Below the pieces are notes generated by a model. It had not been told where the DNA came from, did not search any database, and saw only the letters and a list, made by a program, of their open reading frames with translations. Positions 29,128 to 39,478 of a stretch of DNA of 52,477 nucleotides are shown in pieces (positions within the stretch are counted from its first letter, which is position 1; each line of letters begins with the position of its first letter). Origin of the DNA: a virus (lineage: Duplodnaviria > Caudoviricetes); IMG/VR virus record IMGVR_UViG_3300033182_000988, positions 1-52,477 of that record, one strand, 5' to 3'. Both the position numbers and the translations under genes were made by a program.

Positions 29128-30992
29128 TACGTTGAAGAAAGTTTAGTTAATAGGAGAGTATTCCACAAACTATTTAATAGGACAACTTCAGGTATTGATG
29201 CTACAGCAACACCTCCACCACCTCCACCCATTGGGATTGGGATTGGGATTTGTTGTGGTATTACTTGTGGTCCTCCACCTTGTCCTTGTGTGATAATTAC
29301 TGTTTGCTGTCTTCCTGATGATTGTGACGCTGGTACTCGTGCTTGTGCTTGTGCTTGTGCTTCTGGTGGTTGTACTTTTGTTCTTACTGCAGATTCTGTT
29401 TTTTCTCCTGGTTTAGATTTGGCAGTAAAGAATGGATCGCTGAATTTATATGCACTAAGAGGATCAAAGCGACCTGTTATTTGCGCTCCATTCCATCCAG
29501 TCCCAGTTTCCCAATGTAGGTGTGGACCAGATGTTCTTCCAGTCATTCCAACTTTTCCAATAATATCTCCCTTCTTGACTGGACCACCTCGTTTATACCC
29601 TTCTTGCATATGACCATAAAGATGATGAATACCTTTGTCATCCCTAAAGACTAAGAAATTTCCCCATCCGCTTTCATAATCAGAGTCTACAACTTCACCA
29701 TCGGAAATAGCACGAAGAGGAGTTCCTTGTGCTGCTGCAATATCTTCTCCTTTATGCATTCTATCTCCACGCATTTGCCCATAAGATCCCTTAGGAGTTA
29801 AGGTTATCCCAGTATCAGGATCGGTATACTCGTATCCACCACCTTCTTTTGGTGCTCCATATAATGAGTGCTGAAGATTGAAACTGGGACTATAAGTTAA
29901 AGGTCCTTCTTTTTTATCGGATGTTCTTCCTTGAGCAAAAGTCAAAAGACCATCAACCGCCTCACCAAATGTTTTGAGTAAAGAAGAAAATTCTTTTTCG
30001 TTCTTTATATCTCTTTTTTCATTTTCTTTGATTTGATCTATTTTTTTGTCAGCACCTGTGAGTTTATCTGCAACACCACTCAATAAACTTGATCCTGCTA
30101 TTCCACCAATAAGTGCAGAAGCACCAACTGCCAATGCATAGACTACTCTAGAACCAGGAACAGGAGTAACTATGAGTGGGGATAGTGCAGCTGCAGTTCC
30201 CTTTGCAGCAGCGATCCCTGCTGCAGCACCTGCCCACCCACCAACTCCTCCAGCAACTGCCCCACTAATTGCTTGAGTTTGTGTCTGCCCTTCCGATAAT
30301 CTACTTCCATAATCATATGCAGCAAGACCAGCACTTAATAGTCCACCTCTAAGTCCAATCCCTCCAGGTTTTCCTCTGGGGACATTTGTGCCACCACCAA
30401 CTTGTGGTTTACCACCTCCAAATCCTGGAAGTTTAAATCCTTGCCCCTTTAATGCTCCTTGTGCATTAAATCCACCCTTTGTGAAAAGTCCAGATGCACC
30501 AATATGACCTCTTCTGAAAAGTCTAAGGCGATCACCTAAATTTGATTTACCAGAAATATACCTAGAGAAAGAATCATTAAGTCTACTCAGACTCTTAGGA
30601 TTTAATTTTGGTATTTTTATCCCACCACCGTTGGTTGACTTTGGTTTGGGTTTACCTTTCGGTGGTTTTGCTCTCCTAATGAATGGGATATCTGGTCCAC
30701 CAAGACTAGGAAGAAACATGCCTGGGATCCCACCAAGCAATCCAAGTAGTCCGCCAAGACCACCGCCTCCTCCTCTGTCCATCTCAAGAACTAGTTTTTC
30801 TAGTTTCTTGATTTCTTTCTTTGATGGAATCTTTATCTTCTCTAGATCTTTTGTACTAGAGTCTATCCATTTGATAAATTTCTTGTACTCGGACTTCTTA
30901 TCAAAGTCTAGCGCCTTAACCATTCTGGTTTGAGGCGAAGCTACAATATTATTTGCTGAATTTTTGAGTGGAGACTTTATGAGAGTAACCAT
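29127..30992 (-). CDS. Tail-associated protein with M23 peptidase domain
   Basis: HKGEDIAA (HxxxD) and GRTSGPHLHWE (HxH); Gly/Ala-rich hydrophobic segment. Confidence 0.85.
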   Translation of the reverse strand: MVTLIKSPLKNSANNIVASPQTRMVKALDFDKKSEYKKFIKWIDSSTKDLEKIKIPSKKEIKKLEKLVLEMDRGGGGGLGGLLGLLGGIPGMFLPSLGGPDIPFIRRAKPPKGKPKPKSTNGGGIKIPKLNPKSLSRLNDSFSRYISGKSNLGDRLRLFRRGHIGASGLFTKGGFNAQGALKGQGFKLPGFGGGKPQVGGGTNVPRGKPGGIGLRGGLLSAGLAAYDYGSRLSEGQTQTQAISGAVAGGVGGWAGAAAGIAAAKGTAAALSPLIVTPVPGSRVVYALAVGASALIGGIAGSSLLSGVADKLTGADKKIDQIKENEKRDIKNEKEFSSLLKTFGEAVDGLLTFAQGRTSDKKEGPLTYSPSFNLQHSLYGAPKEGGGYEYTDPDTGITLTPKGSYGQMRGDRMHKGEDIAAAQGTPLRAISDGEVVDSDYESGWGNFLVFRDDKGIHHLYGHMQEGYKRGGPVKKGDIIGKVGMTGRTSGPHLHWETGTGWNGAQITGRFDPLSAYKFSDPFFTAKSKPGEKTESAVRTKVQPPEAQAQAQARVPASQSSGRQQTVIITQGQGGGPQVIPQQIPIPIPMGGGGGGVAVASIPEVVLLNSLWNTLLLTKLSST

Positions 30993-30997
30993 ATCCC

Positions 30998-32689
30998 CTA
31001 TGCCTCAACAATATTGTACAACATCTTTGCACTCAATCCAGCATAACTATCAAAATTATTAGAAGGTAAGAATGCAATTGATGGTCCTTTAGTTTGAGCA
31101 GGTATTGATGATACTCCTCCAGTTGAAGGTGCTGCCTGAACTCCACCAGAATCACCAGGTATTTGTATTACTGATACTTCTGCACCTGGGCGAGATTCTC
31201 CTGGCGTTCTTACTCCATTTGGGTCTGGATTAATTCCATACATCCCCTGAACCGTATTATACCAATCTCTTGATCTTTGTAATGGTATACTTTGGTTATA
31301 AACGAAATACTTATCTTTGAATAGTTGCCTTACCCTGTCTTTTTCAGCATCAGTTAGAGTTTGTTTCTGAAGAAGATCAAGCAATTCAGTATGACCTCTT
31401 GCTTGGATCTCTTTAATCATTGCAGCAGCATTTGCTTTAATTCCTTCGTCGCCGCTTGCTTTTAATCCTGCTTCGGTTGGATCAATTCCTCTTGCTTTTA
31501 ATTCATCCAGTAATACTTTTTCTCTCCCACCCTGCCAACTTACTGCTCCATATGCCTTCACTCCATTATCCATATGAGTTCCCAGAATAAGATCTCTTCT
31601 TAGACTATTCTCTCTTCCAATTTCTGCGGTAGCAAGTTTTGCACCTTCTTCGGAAAGGCCTTGTGCTTTAAATTCCCCAGTAAGTAAATTTGCAACCTCT
31701 TTTTGGGAAGCACTGGTTGGTGCTGCATTTGATGGACTGGTAGGAATTAATCCAGTTTGAGGTACTACTGGTGAATCATCTTGTCCATCTTGTTTTGTCT
31801 TTCCACCAGACAGCAATAGATCTACTGCTTGTTTAAACTTATTAATAATTTTTTCAAATGTGGTTGTATTTTTTTCACGAGTATCTGTAGTTTGTGATTC
31901 TTCTTTTCTCTGAATATCAAAGTCTGCTTCTTGTGCATTTACTTTATTCATAAAGGAAGATCCAAGTCCAAGGACACCAAGAACTCCTAAACCACCTAGG
32001 GTCATCCTAGGTAAAACTTTCATTGCTGTTCCACCTAATCCGATTCTAGAAAATAGAGAAATTATTCCCCCAATAACAGATCCTACTAATTTTAGAACAC
32101 CACCAATAAGACCTGCAATTAAACCTAAGGCACCACCACCGCCGCCGACAGCAGAGATGGATGGGATATCTTTTAACTGCTTAGCAATTCTATTGATTGT
32201 GATTCGTAAAAACTTAGCAATCTCAAAAGTTTCTGTCAGAGAATTTCTAAGTCTTTGTACACTCTTTCTTAATCTTCTTTCTGTTTTCTTAGATCCAAAG
32301 AAGTCTAAGATATCATACCCAGTTGCTCTACCATAACTTTTAGTATTTGAAATATTATTAATTACTGAACCAAGATTATTCTGACTAGGTGGAGATATAT
32401 TATTTCTTTGGAAACTGACAATATTATTCCTAGCACCAGATACTATAGATGCACCTGGTTTAGATCCACCTGATATAAAATTAACTGCCGCCGCTAATGG
32501 ATCACCCTGTTCTTTTATTATTTTATCACTATAATCTTTTGGTGAAAGATTTGAAGATAAAGGTTTTGGTTTATAAAATTTTCTAGTGGAGGGCAAAATT
32601 GTTTTAAGTCCTTTAAGTCCCGTAGATCCCTTAGGTCCAGTATCCCTAAAGGTTCTTTTATACTTTATAATGGGACGTTTTTTATCCAT
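30998..32689 (-). CDS. Tail-associated protein with possible phage tail-lysozyme-like domain
   Basis: GLSEEGAKLATAEIGRENSL...AYGAVSWQGGR; hydrophobic Gly-rich segments. Confidence 0.5.
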   Translation of the reverse strand: MDKKRPIIKYKRTFRDTGPKGSTGLKGLKTILPSTRKFYKPKPLSSNLSPKDYSDKIIKEQGDPLAAAVNFISGGSKPGASIVSGARNNIVSFQRNNISPPSQNNLGSVINNISNTKSYGRATGYDILDFFGSKKTERRLRKSVQRLRNSLTETFEIAKFLRITINRIAKQLKDIPSISAVGGGGGALGLIAGLIGGVLKLVGSVIGGIISLFSRIGLGGTAMKVLPRMTLGGLGVLGVLGLGSSFMNKVNAQEADFDIQRKEESQTTDTREKNTTTFEKIINKFKQAVDLLLSGGKTKQDGQDDSPVVPQTGLIPTSPSNAAPTSASQKEVANLLTGEFKAQGLSEEGAKLATAEIGRENSLRRDLILGTHMDNGVKAYGAVSWQGGREKVLLDELKARGIDPTEAGLKASGDEGIKANAAAMIKEIQARGHTELLDLLQKQTLTDAEKDRVRQLFKDKYFVYNQSIPLQRSRDWYNTVQGMYGINPDPNGVRTPGESRPGAEVSVIQIPGDSGGVQAAPSTGGVSSIPAQTKGPSIAFLPSNNFDSYAGLSAKMLYNIVEA

Positions 32690-32867
32690 TTACCGCCTGT
32701 TGTGCTTTTAGATTTTCCTCTTCAATATGTTGATTCAGAAGTGCAAGATAGATATCTCGCTCCCAAGGCATCATGTTTTCAATCTCTGTCAAACTGTATT
32801 TATGATGCTGCATCAAGGCAAAATTAAGTTTATAGAATGACTCAAGGTCAATATGAGCCATGATCAA
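32682..32867 (-). CDS. gp51: Baseplate hub assembly protein, gp51-like
   Basis: FYKLNFALMQHHKYSLTEIENMMPWERDIY; adjacent to gp26. Confidence 0.75.
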   Translation of the reverse strand: MIMAHIDLESFYKLNFALMQHHKYSLTEIENMMPWERDIYLALLNQHIEEENLKAQQAVNG

Positions 32868-33589
32868 CCGAAAAAACTTGACAGTCCCTCCAGCGTCACT
32901 TCACTTTCAACTTCGGTATTTGGATTGGTAACCTTAAACGTATGAGAAAGTTTTGGCATGGTAGCAAAGAACTCTTCAATTTGTTTAAACTGACTTGAGT
33001 TCAATCCATCTAACCAAGACATCAATTCTTTCTTGGTGCAATCTGCAGCAGACCAGCACTCATCTGCATCAAAGATCATATCAATACATGATGCAATAAT
33101 TTCAAATGACTTCTCAAGTGAAGATTCATCATCCGTATTGAAATCAAAGTTGTTCTGAATGAATTGATTCAGAGATGGATACTTCATACGCAATGTGAGT
33201 TTACCATCAAGATTAATATCTGTAGTATGATTTAGATCTTTCTGTACAGAAATCTCATCAATGTAAACCTTGACTGGAACTGTAGTCTCCCCATCATCAG
33301 GGCAAGTTACAACCAGATCAATTGCTTCTCCAACTGACTTGCCACGAACATTTAAGAAGACATATTCAATGTCAAATGTAGGAAGTTCTTCTACTTTAAC
33401 TCCTCTTGTTTGAATGCAATCCTTCAGCGTTGTTTTGATTGCACTTGTAATTTGATCTACATTCTCACTCTCTAGTGCAAGAATCAGAATCTTTTCTTCT
33501 CTGACTAAAAATGGTCTGTATTTAATCTTCTTTCCAGTTGAAGGTAATTCCAACTCATATGTTGGTGTGGAGATCTTTGGTAAAGGCAT
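32864..33589 (-). CDS. gp26: Baseplate hub subunit, gp26-like
   Basis: MPLPKISTPTYELELPSTGKKIKYRPFLVREEK...FDIEYVFLNVRGKSVGE. Confidence 0.8.
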   Translation of the reverse strand: MPLPKISTPTYELELPSTGKKIKYRPFLVREEKILILALESENVDQITSAIKTTLKDCIQTRGVKVEELPTFDIEYVFLNVRGKSVGEAIDLVVTCPDDGETTVPVKVYIDEISVQKDLNHTTDINLDGKLTLRMKYPSLNQFIQNNFDFNTDDESSLEKSFEIIASCIDMIFDADECWSAADCTKKELMSWLDGLNSSQFKQIEEFFATMPKLSHTFKVTNPNTEVESEVTLEGLSSFFG

Positions 33590-33620
33590 AATATCCTATA
33601 GAGTTTTCAGGTATGATTAT

Positions 33621-34520
33621 TTAGTTCATTGGTGAAGGTGGTCCTGCTATTTCTGCAGTAGCAGGAGTTCCACCCTGTTCTCTAATTCTATTTTGAGATC
33701 TGATTATCATTTCTCTAATTTCACTAACAGAATCAGTGATAGATTGTGGACTAGGTTGTTCTGGATTCGCCTTGTTTGTTGTGGGTGTTCCGTTAGGAGT
33801 TGTAGTTTGTTTATCAAATCCAGTTTTCTCTACAATATATCTACTATAATTAAATGAAGCAGTAACTTTTGTGATAGTGCTAGACTCATAAGAAAATGGA
33901 AGGGCAACAATATTCATTGGGAATGCATCAATGAATGTATACTTGACTAATGGTTGTGATCTAAAACCAGAATTAGAAACATTTGGATTTGCCAGGAAGT
34001 TTCTTTCAAACTTAACTACTGATATAGGTCTCTTATAATCATTTGGATATTTCATTCTGTAAAAATTATTACGCTCACTGAATCCAGTTTGACCACCACT
34101 AGATCCTTGGTACTCACCGCCAGTTCCTGAATAAATCGGGTCAATATAATTCATCCATTCTTCCAAAAGACGAAGTGAATTGTAATCCTTGTCAACATAA
34201 AAAGTCAAATCAAAGTCTGTATAAATTCTTCTCGTTGCAAATCTTTCAATAACTCCTTGGCGACTACCACTTTCTTCACTCATGTCAAATGATGATCCAG
34301 GAAGAGTCACATCAGAGCAGAGTAAATTATATGACTCTAGTGACTCTTTTTTATTAAGTAATCCAGAAGATGTTAAGTGCGTATAGACACCACCCTTTTC
34401 TTTATCTTTACTTGGTGCCAAATTCAAATTCACCATGAATTGAGATGTCTGAGACAGTTTTCCGATAAGAGCGGAAACATCAGACATCTTTTTATAATAG
34501 AGTTCGGCGGACTCTGACAT
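33621..34520 (-). CDS. Tail tube-fold protein (gp19/gp54-like)
   Basis: LLCSDVTLPG, LTFYVD...EEWMNYI and YTFIDAFPMNI motifs. Confidence 0.65.
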   Translation of the reverse strand: MSESAELYYKKMSDVSALIGKLSQTSQFMVNLNLAPSKDKEKGGVYTHLTSSGLLNKKESLESYNLLCSDVTLPGSSFDMSEESGSRQGVIERFATRRIYTDFDLTFYVDKDYNSLRLLEEWMNYIDPIYSGTGGEYQGSSGGQTGFSERNNFYRMKYPNDYKRPISVVKFERNFLANPNVSNSGFRSQPLVKYTFIDAFPMNIVALPFSYESSTITKVTASFNYSRYIVEKTGFDKQTTTPNGTPTTNKANPEQPSPQSITDSVSEIREMIIRSQNRIREQGGTPATAEIAGPPSPMN

Positions 34521-34552
34521 CTAAATACTTTGAAACTACTTATATTATATGT

Positions 34553-34990
34553 ATGTCATATCATGGACGTTACCTTCCAGAGAACCCAACAAAGTACAAA
34601 GGTGACCCCACAAATATTGTTTACAGATCTTTGTGGGAACGGAAGTTCATGAGGTATTGTGATCTAACTGAAGAAGTTGATCAATGGCAATCAGAAGAAT
34701 TTTGGATTCCTTATATCTCACCAGTTGATAATAGAGTTCATCGTTACTTTCCAGATTTCTTTATCAAGTATAAAGACAAAACAGGAAGACATAGAACAGT
34801 GGTTGTTGAAATCAAACCCAAAAGACAAGTAGAGATGCCACCACAAAATCCCAAGAGAAGAACAAAGGCATGGGCCAATTCAGTAAAGACTTGGGTGGTT
34901 AATCAGGCAAAGTGGAAAGCAGCAAGAGAGTTCTGTGCTGATCGTAATTATGAATTTAAAATTATGACAGAAGACGACCTAGGAGTATAA
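34553..34990 (+). CDS. gp4: Head completion nuclease gp4
   Basis: KYKGDPTNIVYRSLWERKFM...HRYFPDF...EIKP; CTAAATA late motif at 34521. Confidence 0.92.
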   Translation: MSYHGRYLPENPTKYKGDPTNIVYRSLWERKFMRYCDLTEEVDQWQSEEFWIPYISPVDNRVHRYFPDFFIKYKDKTGRHRTVVVEIKPKRQVEMPPQNPKRRTKAWANSVKTWVVNQAKWKAAREFCADRNYEFKIMTEDDLGV

Positions 34991-35751
34991 TGGAAAAGTC
35001 ACAATCATTCATAGACAAACTTGCTGTTACGATTAAGTATGGAAAAAATCGTATTCCATTAGAGCGTCATGACACAGATGAGTTAAAAGCGATAGCAAAG
35101 AACCTTGGTTTTAGGGGGTACAGCAAATTAAACAAAAAAGACTTACTCTTAGTTATTAGACTAAATCCAAAATATGAAAGGAGTTATCATCCTAAAACTC
35201 TAAAAAGAGTACAGTCAATCAAAGAAGTACAAGAAACAATTGATTTATATGATGAAGAAGAAGATTATATTGAAGATACAACCATTGAACAAAGAATAAG
35301 AGAAAAGGCAATTGGTGAACCAAACACAGATGAAGACTGGTACGCTTCTCAATTATATTCGGAGTTAGAATCAGTAGCAGCGGAACAAAGATTACCTTCA
35401 ATAGGAGAATTCTGTTTCTTTGGTTATAGTGCAGCGTATCCAGATCGGTACGAATACTACGACCAAAGACCACTAACATACATATTAGAATATCAAGAAG
35501 ATAAAATCCTTGGCGCAAACGTTCATTACCTGAATCCAAGTTATCGTGATTCCGTTGCAACTTCCCTTCTAAATAAAGGTGGAGCAGCATATGTACCAAA
35601 AAAAACATTGCACAGTTACTTCATCAGCAATATGGATAATCTCTTTATAATTCCAGATAGAGATCTGGAAGGTATTGCTAGGTTAGTAACCGAAAGATTC
35701 GTAGATCGTGATGGCGTTAAAGTAGAACTTCAAATGGTCTGGGATAGTTAG
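34990..35751 (+). CDS. DNA end protector gp2-like protein with N-terminal extension
   Basis: YYDQRPL...GANVHYL resembles gp2; ELKAIAKNLGFRGYSKLNKKDL resembles Rho-N. Confidence 0.6.
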   Translation: MEKSQSFIDKLAVTIKYGKNRIPLERHDTDELKAIAKNLGFRGYSKLNKKDLLLVIRLNPKYERSYHPKTLKRVQSIKEVQETIDLYDEEEDYIEDTTIEQRIREKAIGEPNTDEDWYASQLYSELESVAAEQRLPSIGEFCFFGYSAAYPDRYEYYDQRPLTYILEYQEDKILGANVHYLNPSYRDSVATSLLNKGGAAYVPKKTLHSYFISNMDNLFIIPDRDLEGIARLVTERFVDRDGVKVELQMVWDS

Positions 35752-37461
35752 ATGGCAGAATTAAAAGATCTTATAGATTTAGAACCAACTGGTTTTGGGA
35801 AAAATCCCAAAAAAGGTACAGTTATTTTAAATAAAAATTATGTGAATGATGGTAATAGTTATGAATTGAGATATGCTCCAGAAAATGGAACATTAGTTTT
35901 ATATAGAAAATATGGTAATTCTTATAAAATTTTATTCCAATCTACATCAGATGGAAAATACCAGTTTTCAGTTGAAGCAGATACCCTTTTAACTGCTAAT
36001 CTGTTAAAGGCAGGAGATGGAACGGTTTTGACCAGAGATACTTTATATCAAAGACTTAGATCTGATGCCGAAAAAGCGGCCAAAACAATAAAATTACCAG
36101 ATAACATAAAAACAGTAGTAAATCCAATAGTAAATAATCCAACTAGTCCAGAAACTTTAGTTGGTGTTGCTGATGGATTAAGTGAAGATGGAGAGTTTGT
36201 AGAACCAGAAAAGACTGATGGTGAGGAATCTAATGACAATAATTCCTCCCTTTTAGATCGGGCTAATGAACTAGTTGAAGGAGTAATTAATACAATAGAA
36301 ACAAATATTCTTGGAGGAGATCTCAAGTTAGATGATTTTCTACTTAAAGGTAATTTAGATGTAAAATTTGGTGCAGTTGATGACGCAATTAGAGGTACAT
36401 TTAAATACCCAGAAGATGCAATTTATGATAAATCGGATTTTACTCAAGACTATATTCAAATAGTTCAATTCAGTTATAAACCTCCATATAAAGAGAATAT
36501 ATTTTCTGGGAAGGGTGGTGCCGTAAATATATTGACTGGAGGAAGTGAAAGAACAACTCCCTTTAAAAAATATATTGGAATGGTAAAACTTCCAATGCCA
36601 AATAGTATTTCAGATTCCAACTCCGTGAATTGGGGTGAGGATCAAATGAATGATTTGAATATGGCAATACTAAATTCATTTGCAAGTGCTCCAAGAGATG
36701 TTATCAAGGCTGCTGCTGTTGGTGGTTTTGCATCTTCCCTTGGACTTGGTGGAGCAGGAAGACTTGCTACTTTCCTCGCACTACTTAAAAATGCTGGGGG
36801 AGTAGAAGGACTAAAAAATATAATAAAATCCCCAAATTCTGGTGGTCTAGTTCAAAGTGCAGTATCATCCAGAGTATTGGCACTAGCAGGCATACAAGTT
36901 TCTCCAGAATCTATATTGGCAAGAGGATTTGGTGTAGTTCCTAACAGCAATATGGAATTACTATTCAATTCACCAACATTAAGATCATTCCAATTCTCAT
37001 GGAAGTTAAGTCCTAGAGACAAAAACGAGGCATTGATGGTGAATAAAATTGTCAGATTCTTTAAACAAGGAATGGCAGTTAAAAAACAAACAGGAACTAG
37101 TGGTGCTGCTGGGGGAAGATCTTTATTCTTAGGAACACCAAATATATTCAAACTTAATTTCAAAACTCAAGGTGGTAGTGATATCTCTGGAGTAAATAAG
37201 ATAAAAGCATGTGCTATTAAGTCATGCAGTGTGAACTATACTCCAGAACAAATTTGGGCATCATACGAAAGAGGTCAACCTGTTAGTATTCAGATTTCAC
37301 TGACAGTTCAGGAACTCGAACCAATCTATGATACTGATTATCAAGAAGTCACTGATGAAAAACGATTATTTACTGTTTCTGAACCACCAACATCCAATGG
37401 TAATTTTGGGGATTTAGATTCAATTAGAGCAAACAAGGACACATACGACGTAGGTTACTAA
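35752..37461 (+). CDS. gp48: Baseplate tail tube cap gp48
   Basis: LPMPNSISD, NMELLFNSPTLRSFQFSWKLSPR and VNYTP motifs. Confidence 0.85.
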   Translation: MAELKDLIDLEPTGFGKNPKKGTVILNKNYVNDGNSYELRYAPENGTLVLYRKYGNSYKILFQSTSDGKYQFSVEADTLLTANLLKAGDGTVLTRDTLYQRLRSDAEKAAKTIKLPDNIKTVVNPIVNNPTSPETLVGVADGLSEDGEFVEPEKTDGEESNDNNSSLLDRANELVEGVINTIETNILGGDLKLDDFLLKGNLDVKFGAVDDAIRGTFKYPEDAIYDKSDFTQDYIQIVQFSYKPPYKENIFSGKGGAVNILTGGSERTTPFKKYIGMVKLPMPNSISDSNSVNWGEDQMNDLNMAILNSFASAPRDVIKAAAVGGFASSLGLGGAGRLATFLALLKNAGGVEGLKNIIKSPNSGGLVQSAVSSRVLALAGIQVSPESILARGFGVVPNSNMELLFNSPTLRSFQFSWKLSPRDKNEALMVNKIVRFFKQGMAVKKQTGTSGAAGGRSLFLGTPNIFKLNFKTQGGSDISGVNKIKACAIKSCSVNYTPEQIWASYERGQPVSIQISLTVQELEPIYDTDYQEVTDEKRLFTVSEPPTSNGNFGDLDSIRANKDTYDVGY

Positions 37462-37462
37462 A

Positions 37463-38122
37463 ATGTCATACTTCAGAGAACTACCTAACATATCTTACGT
37501 CTCTCGTTTGCCTGGTGCAAATAGAAGCGATGAACGAATTGAAGTTAAAAATATTTTTAAGAGAGCAAAACTTAGATCTGATATAGAAAGTGCAATCACT
37601 GCATTTAGTTTTGGAACGATTCCAGAAGGTGCAAGACCAGATGTAGTTGCACAAAATGTTTATGATGATCCAGAATTGGATTGGGTGGTGCTCATCACAA
37701 ATAATATAACCAGTATTAGGGACCAATGGCCTCTGAGTCATAATGATTTGGAGAGTTACCTGCTTGATAAGTATGGTTCTACCGAAAACATCTACGCTGT
37801 TCACCACTATGAAACTTTTGAAATCAGAGATGAGTACAATAGAACTATTCTAGAAGGTGGTTTAGAAGTAGACTCAGACTTCCAGTTTACATATTCAGCA
37901 TTTGATGGGACAATCAAAACTGTAAATCCAGTTGGACCAGTTACGAACTATGAATATGAAACCAGAATAAATGAAGCAAAAAGAGTCATAAGAATACTGA
38001 AACCAGAATACTTGGCAGCATTTGTAACTGACATGAGAAACATGATGAGACACCAAACCTCTTCACAGTATGTCAATAGAACCATGAAGAGGTCATATAA
38101 TCCTAAGGATTCTGGGGTATAA
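37463..38122 (+). CDS. gp53: Baseplate wedge subunit gp53
   Basis: MSYFRELPN...RPDVVAQNVYDDPELDWVVLITNNI...QWP. Confidence 0.9.
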   Translation: MSYFRELPNISYVSRLPGANRSDERIEVKNIFKRAKLRSDIESAITAFSFGTIPEGARPDVVAQNVYDDPELDWVVLITNNITSIRDQWPLSHNDLESYLLDKYGSTENIYAVHHYETFEIRDEYNRTILEGGLEVDSDFQFTYSAFDGTIKTVNPVGPVTNYEYETRINEAKRVIRILKPEYLAAFVTDMRNMMRHQTSSQYVNRTMKRSYNPKDSGV

Positions 38123-38145
38123 AAAAACCCTCCTTTCGGAGGGTT
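38121..38145. terminator. Intrinsic terminator after gp32
   Basis: AACCCTCC-TTTC-GGAGGGTT with poly-A on the plus strand (U-tract on minus). Confidence 0.8.
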
Positions 38146-38151
38146 ACTGAA

Positions 38152-39078
38152 TCAGGAGTTGACCAGTCGGGCGAAGTAGTTGAGGGAATCATCTTCTTCA
38201 TCCGAGTTATCAGAATCATAACTCGGCAGTTCAGGTTCAGAACGGGAGACAGTCGGTTCAGAGTAGTCACCACTACGCTCACGTTCCCACTGTGCCTCTT
38301 CTTCCTGGACTTCAGGATCCATAGACTTGGGAACGCCACGGACACCCAGAGTGTAGTCAAGACGCTTCTTCAGATCATCATAGGACTTGAAGTTCTTAGG
38401 ATCAAGGAACTCATTCAGATCGTGAAGTGAGTTGTAGATACGCTCCAGTTTGTCATCGTCATCAAACAGAGCAGAAGGACGATCAAACTCAGACTTGTCG
38501 TAGTTCTGATAACCTTCAACCTTACGGATCTTCAGTTTGAAGTTAGCACCTTGCCAGAAGTCAAAGGGGTTGATGGGTTCTTCATCAGCGAACTCGGGCT
38601 TCATTGCTTCCATGATCTTGTCAAAGATCTTCTTACCAAACTTGAAGAGGAAGACTTTACCTTCGTTGTCAGGATTTGCGGGATCAGCGACAACGTAGAT
38701 GTTGGAGTAATATGACAGTTTGCGCTTTTGCTTACGTGCCTGTTCTTTGCCAGCATCAGTACCATTATTCCACAGAGTGGAGTTGTACTCGCAGACAGGG
38801 CACTTCTGTTCCTTGGTGGTGAGACATTGGTCAATCAACCAACCACCAGGACCTTGGAATGCGTGAGTATACACTCGTGCCCAAGGGAGATCGCAACCCT
38901 CAGGTTCGGGGAGGAAACGAATGATGGCATAACCATTACCAGACTTATCAACTGCTGGTTTCCAGATACGCTCGTCTGCACCACTGCTTGCCTTGTCGTT
39001 GAGTTTTTCAACAGACTTGATCAGTTTGTCGGTGAGGGAACCAGAGCGAGACTGCTTCTTGAGATTTGCGAAAGACAT
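38152..39078 (-). CDS. gp32: Single-stranded DNA-binding protein gp32
   Basis: DERIWKP...GNGYAIIRFLP...HAFQGPGGW; acidic C-terminal tail. Confidence 0.96.
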   Translation of the reverse strand: MSFANLKKQSRSGSLTDKLIKSVEKLNDKASSGADERIWKPAVDKSGNGYAIIRFLPEPEGCDLPWARVYTHAFQGPGGWLIDQCLTTKEQKCPVCEYNSTLWNNGTDAGKEQARKQKRKLSYYSNIYVVADPANPDNEGKVFLFKFGKKIFDKIMEAMKPEFADEEPINPFDFWQGANFKLKIRKVEGYQNYDKSEFDRPSALFDDDDKLERIYNSLHDLNEFLDPKNFKSYDDLKKRLDYTLGVRGVPKSMDPEVQEEEAQWERERSGDYSEPTVSRSEPELPSYDSDNSDEEDDSLNYFARLVNS

Positions 39079-39127
39079 ACGGATTAATTAGGATAGATTA
39101 GGATGTGTCGGATTTGACGACAGGTCT

Positions 39128-39156
39128 ATTATAGGGCAAGTGCCCTCACCTGTCAA
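39128..39156 (-). promoter_or_regulatory. Consensus sigma70 promoter of gp32
   Basis: TTGACA-N17-TATAAT. Confidence 0.85.
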
Positions 39157-39478
39157 GGGATTTCTCCAGGTTTTTGATTGTGGAATCAAGTTGCTCAAAG
39201 AACTTGTCCATGCCATCAATTTCATTGTAACCAAACATTTTTGCTGCGTCAAGAACTCTTTGCTTAATCTCCAGTGCATCTGGATCATCAGAAAGAGAAA
39301 TGCGGAAGAAGAAAATCTTTTGCTTCTCTAAAAATGTTTTTAGAGTTTCTAAATGTTCTCTCTTTTCTTCAGCAGAAAATGTGTGGATGTTCATCATCTC
39401 ACTGTAGAGTTTTTGTTGAAGTTCTTCTAGTTCAAGAACTGACTCTCTTACTACTTCAGAATCAAAAAATCTGCTCAT
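39146..39478 (-). CDS. DUF1825-like protein
   Basis: FFDSEVV...KQKIFFFRISLSDDPDA. Confidence 0.7.
   Translation of the reverse strand: MSRFFDSEVVRESVLELEELQQKLYSEMMNIHTFSAEEKREHLETLKTFLEKQKIFFFRISLSDDPDALEIKQRVLDAAKMFGYNEIDGMDKFFEQLDSTIKNLEKSLDR

Noticed and set aside
29340-29362. TGCTTG tandem repeat
   Set aside because: Encodes a QA linker in the M23 protein
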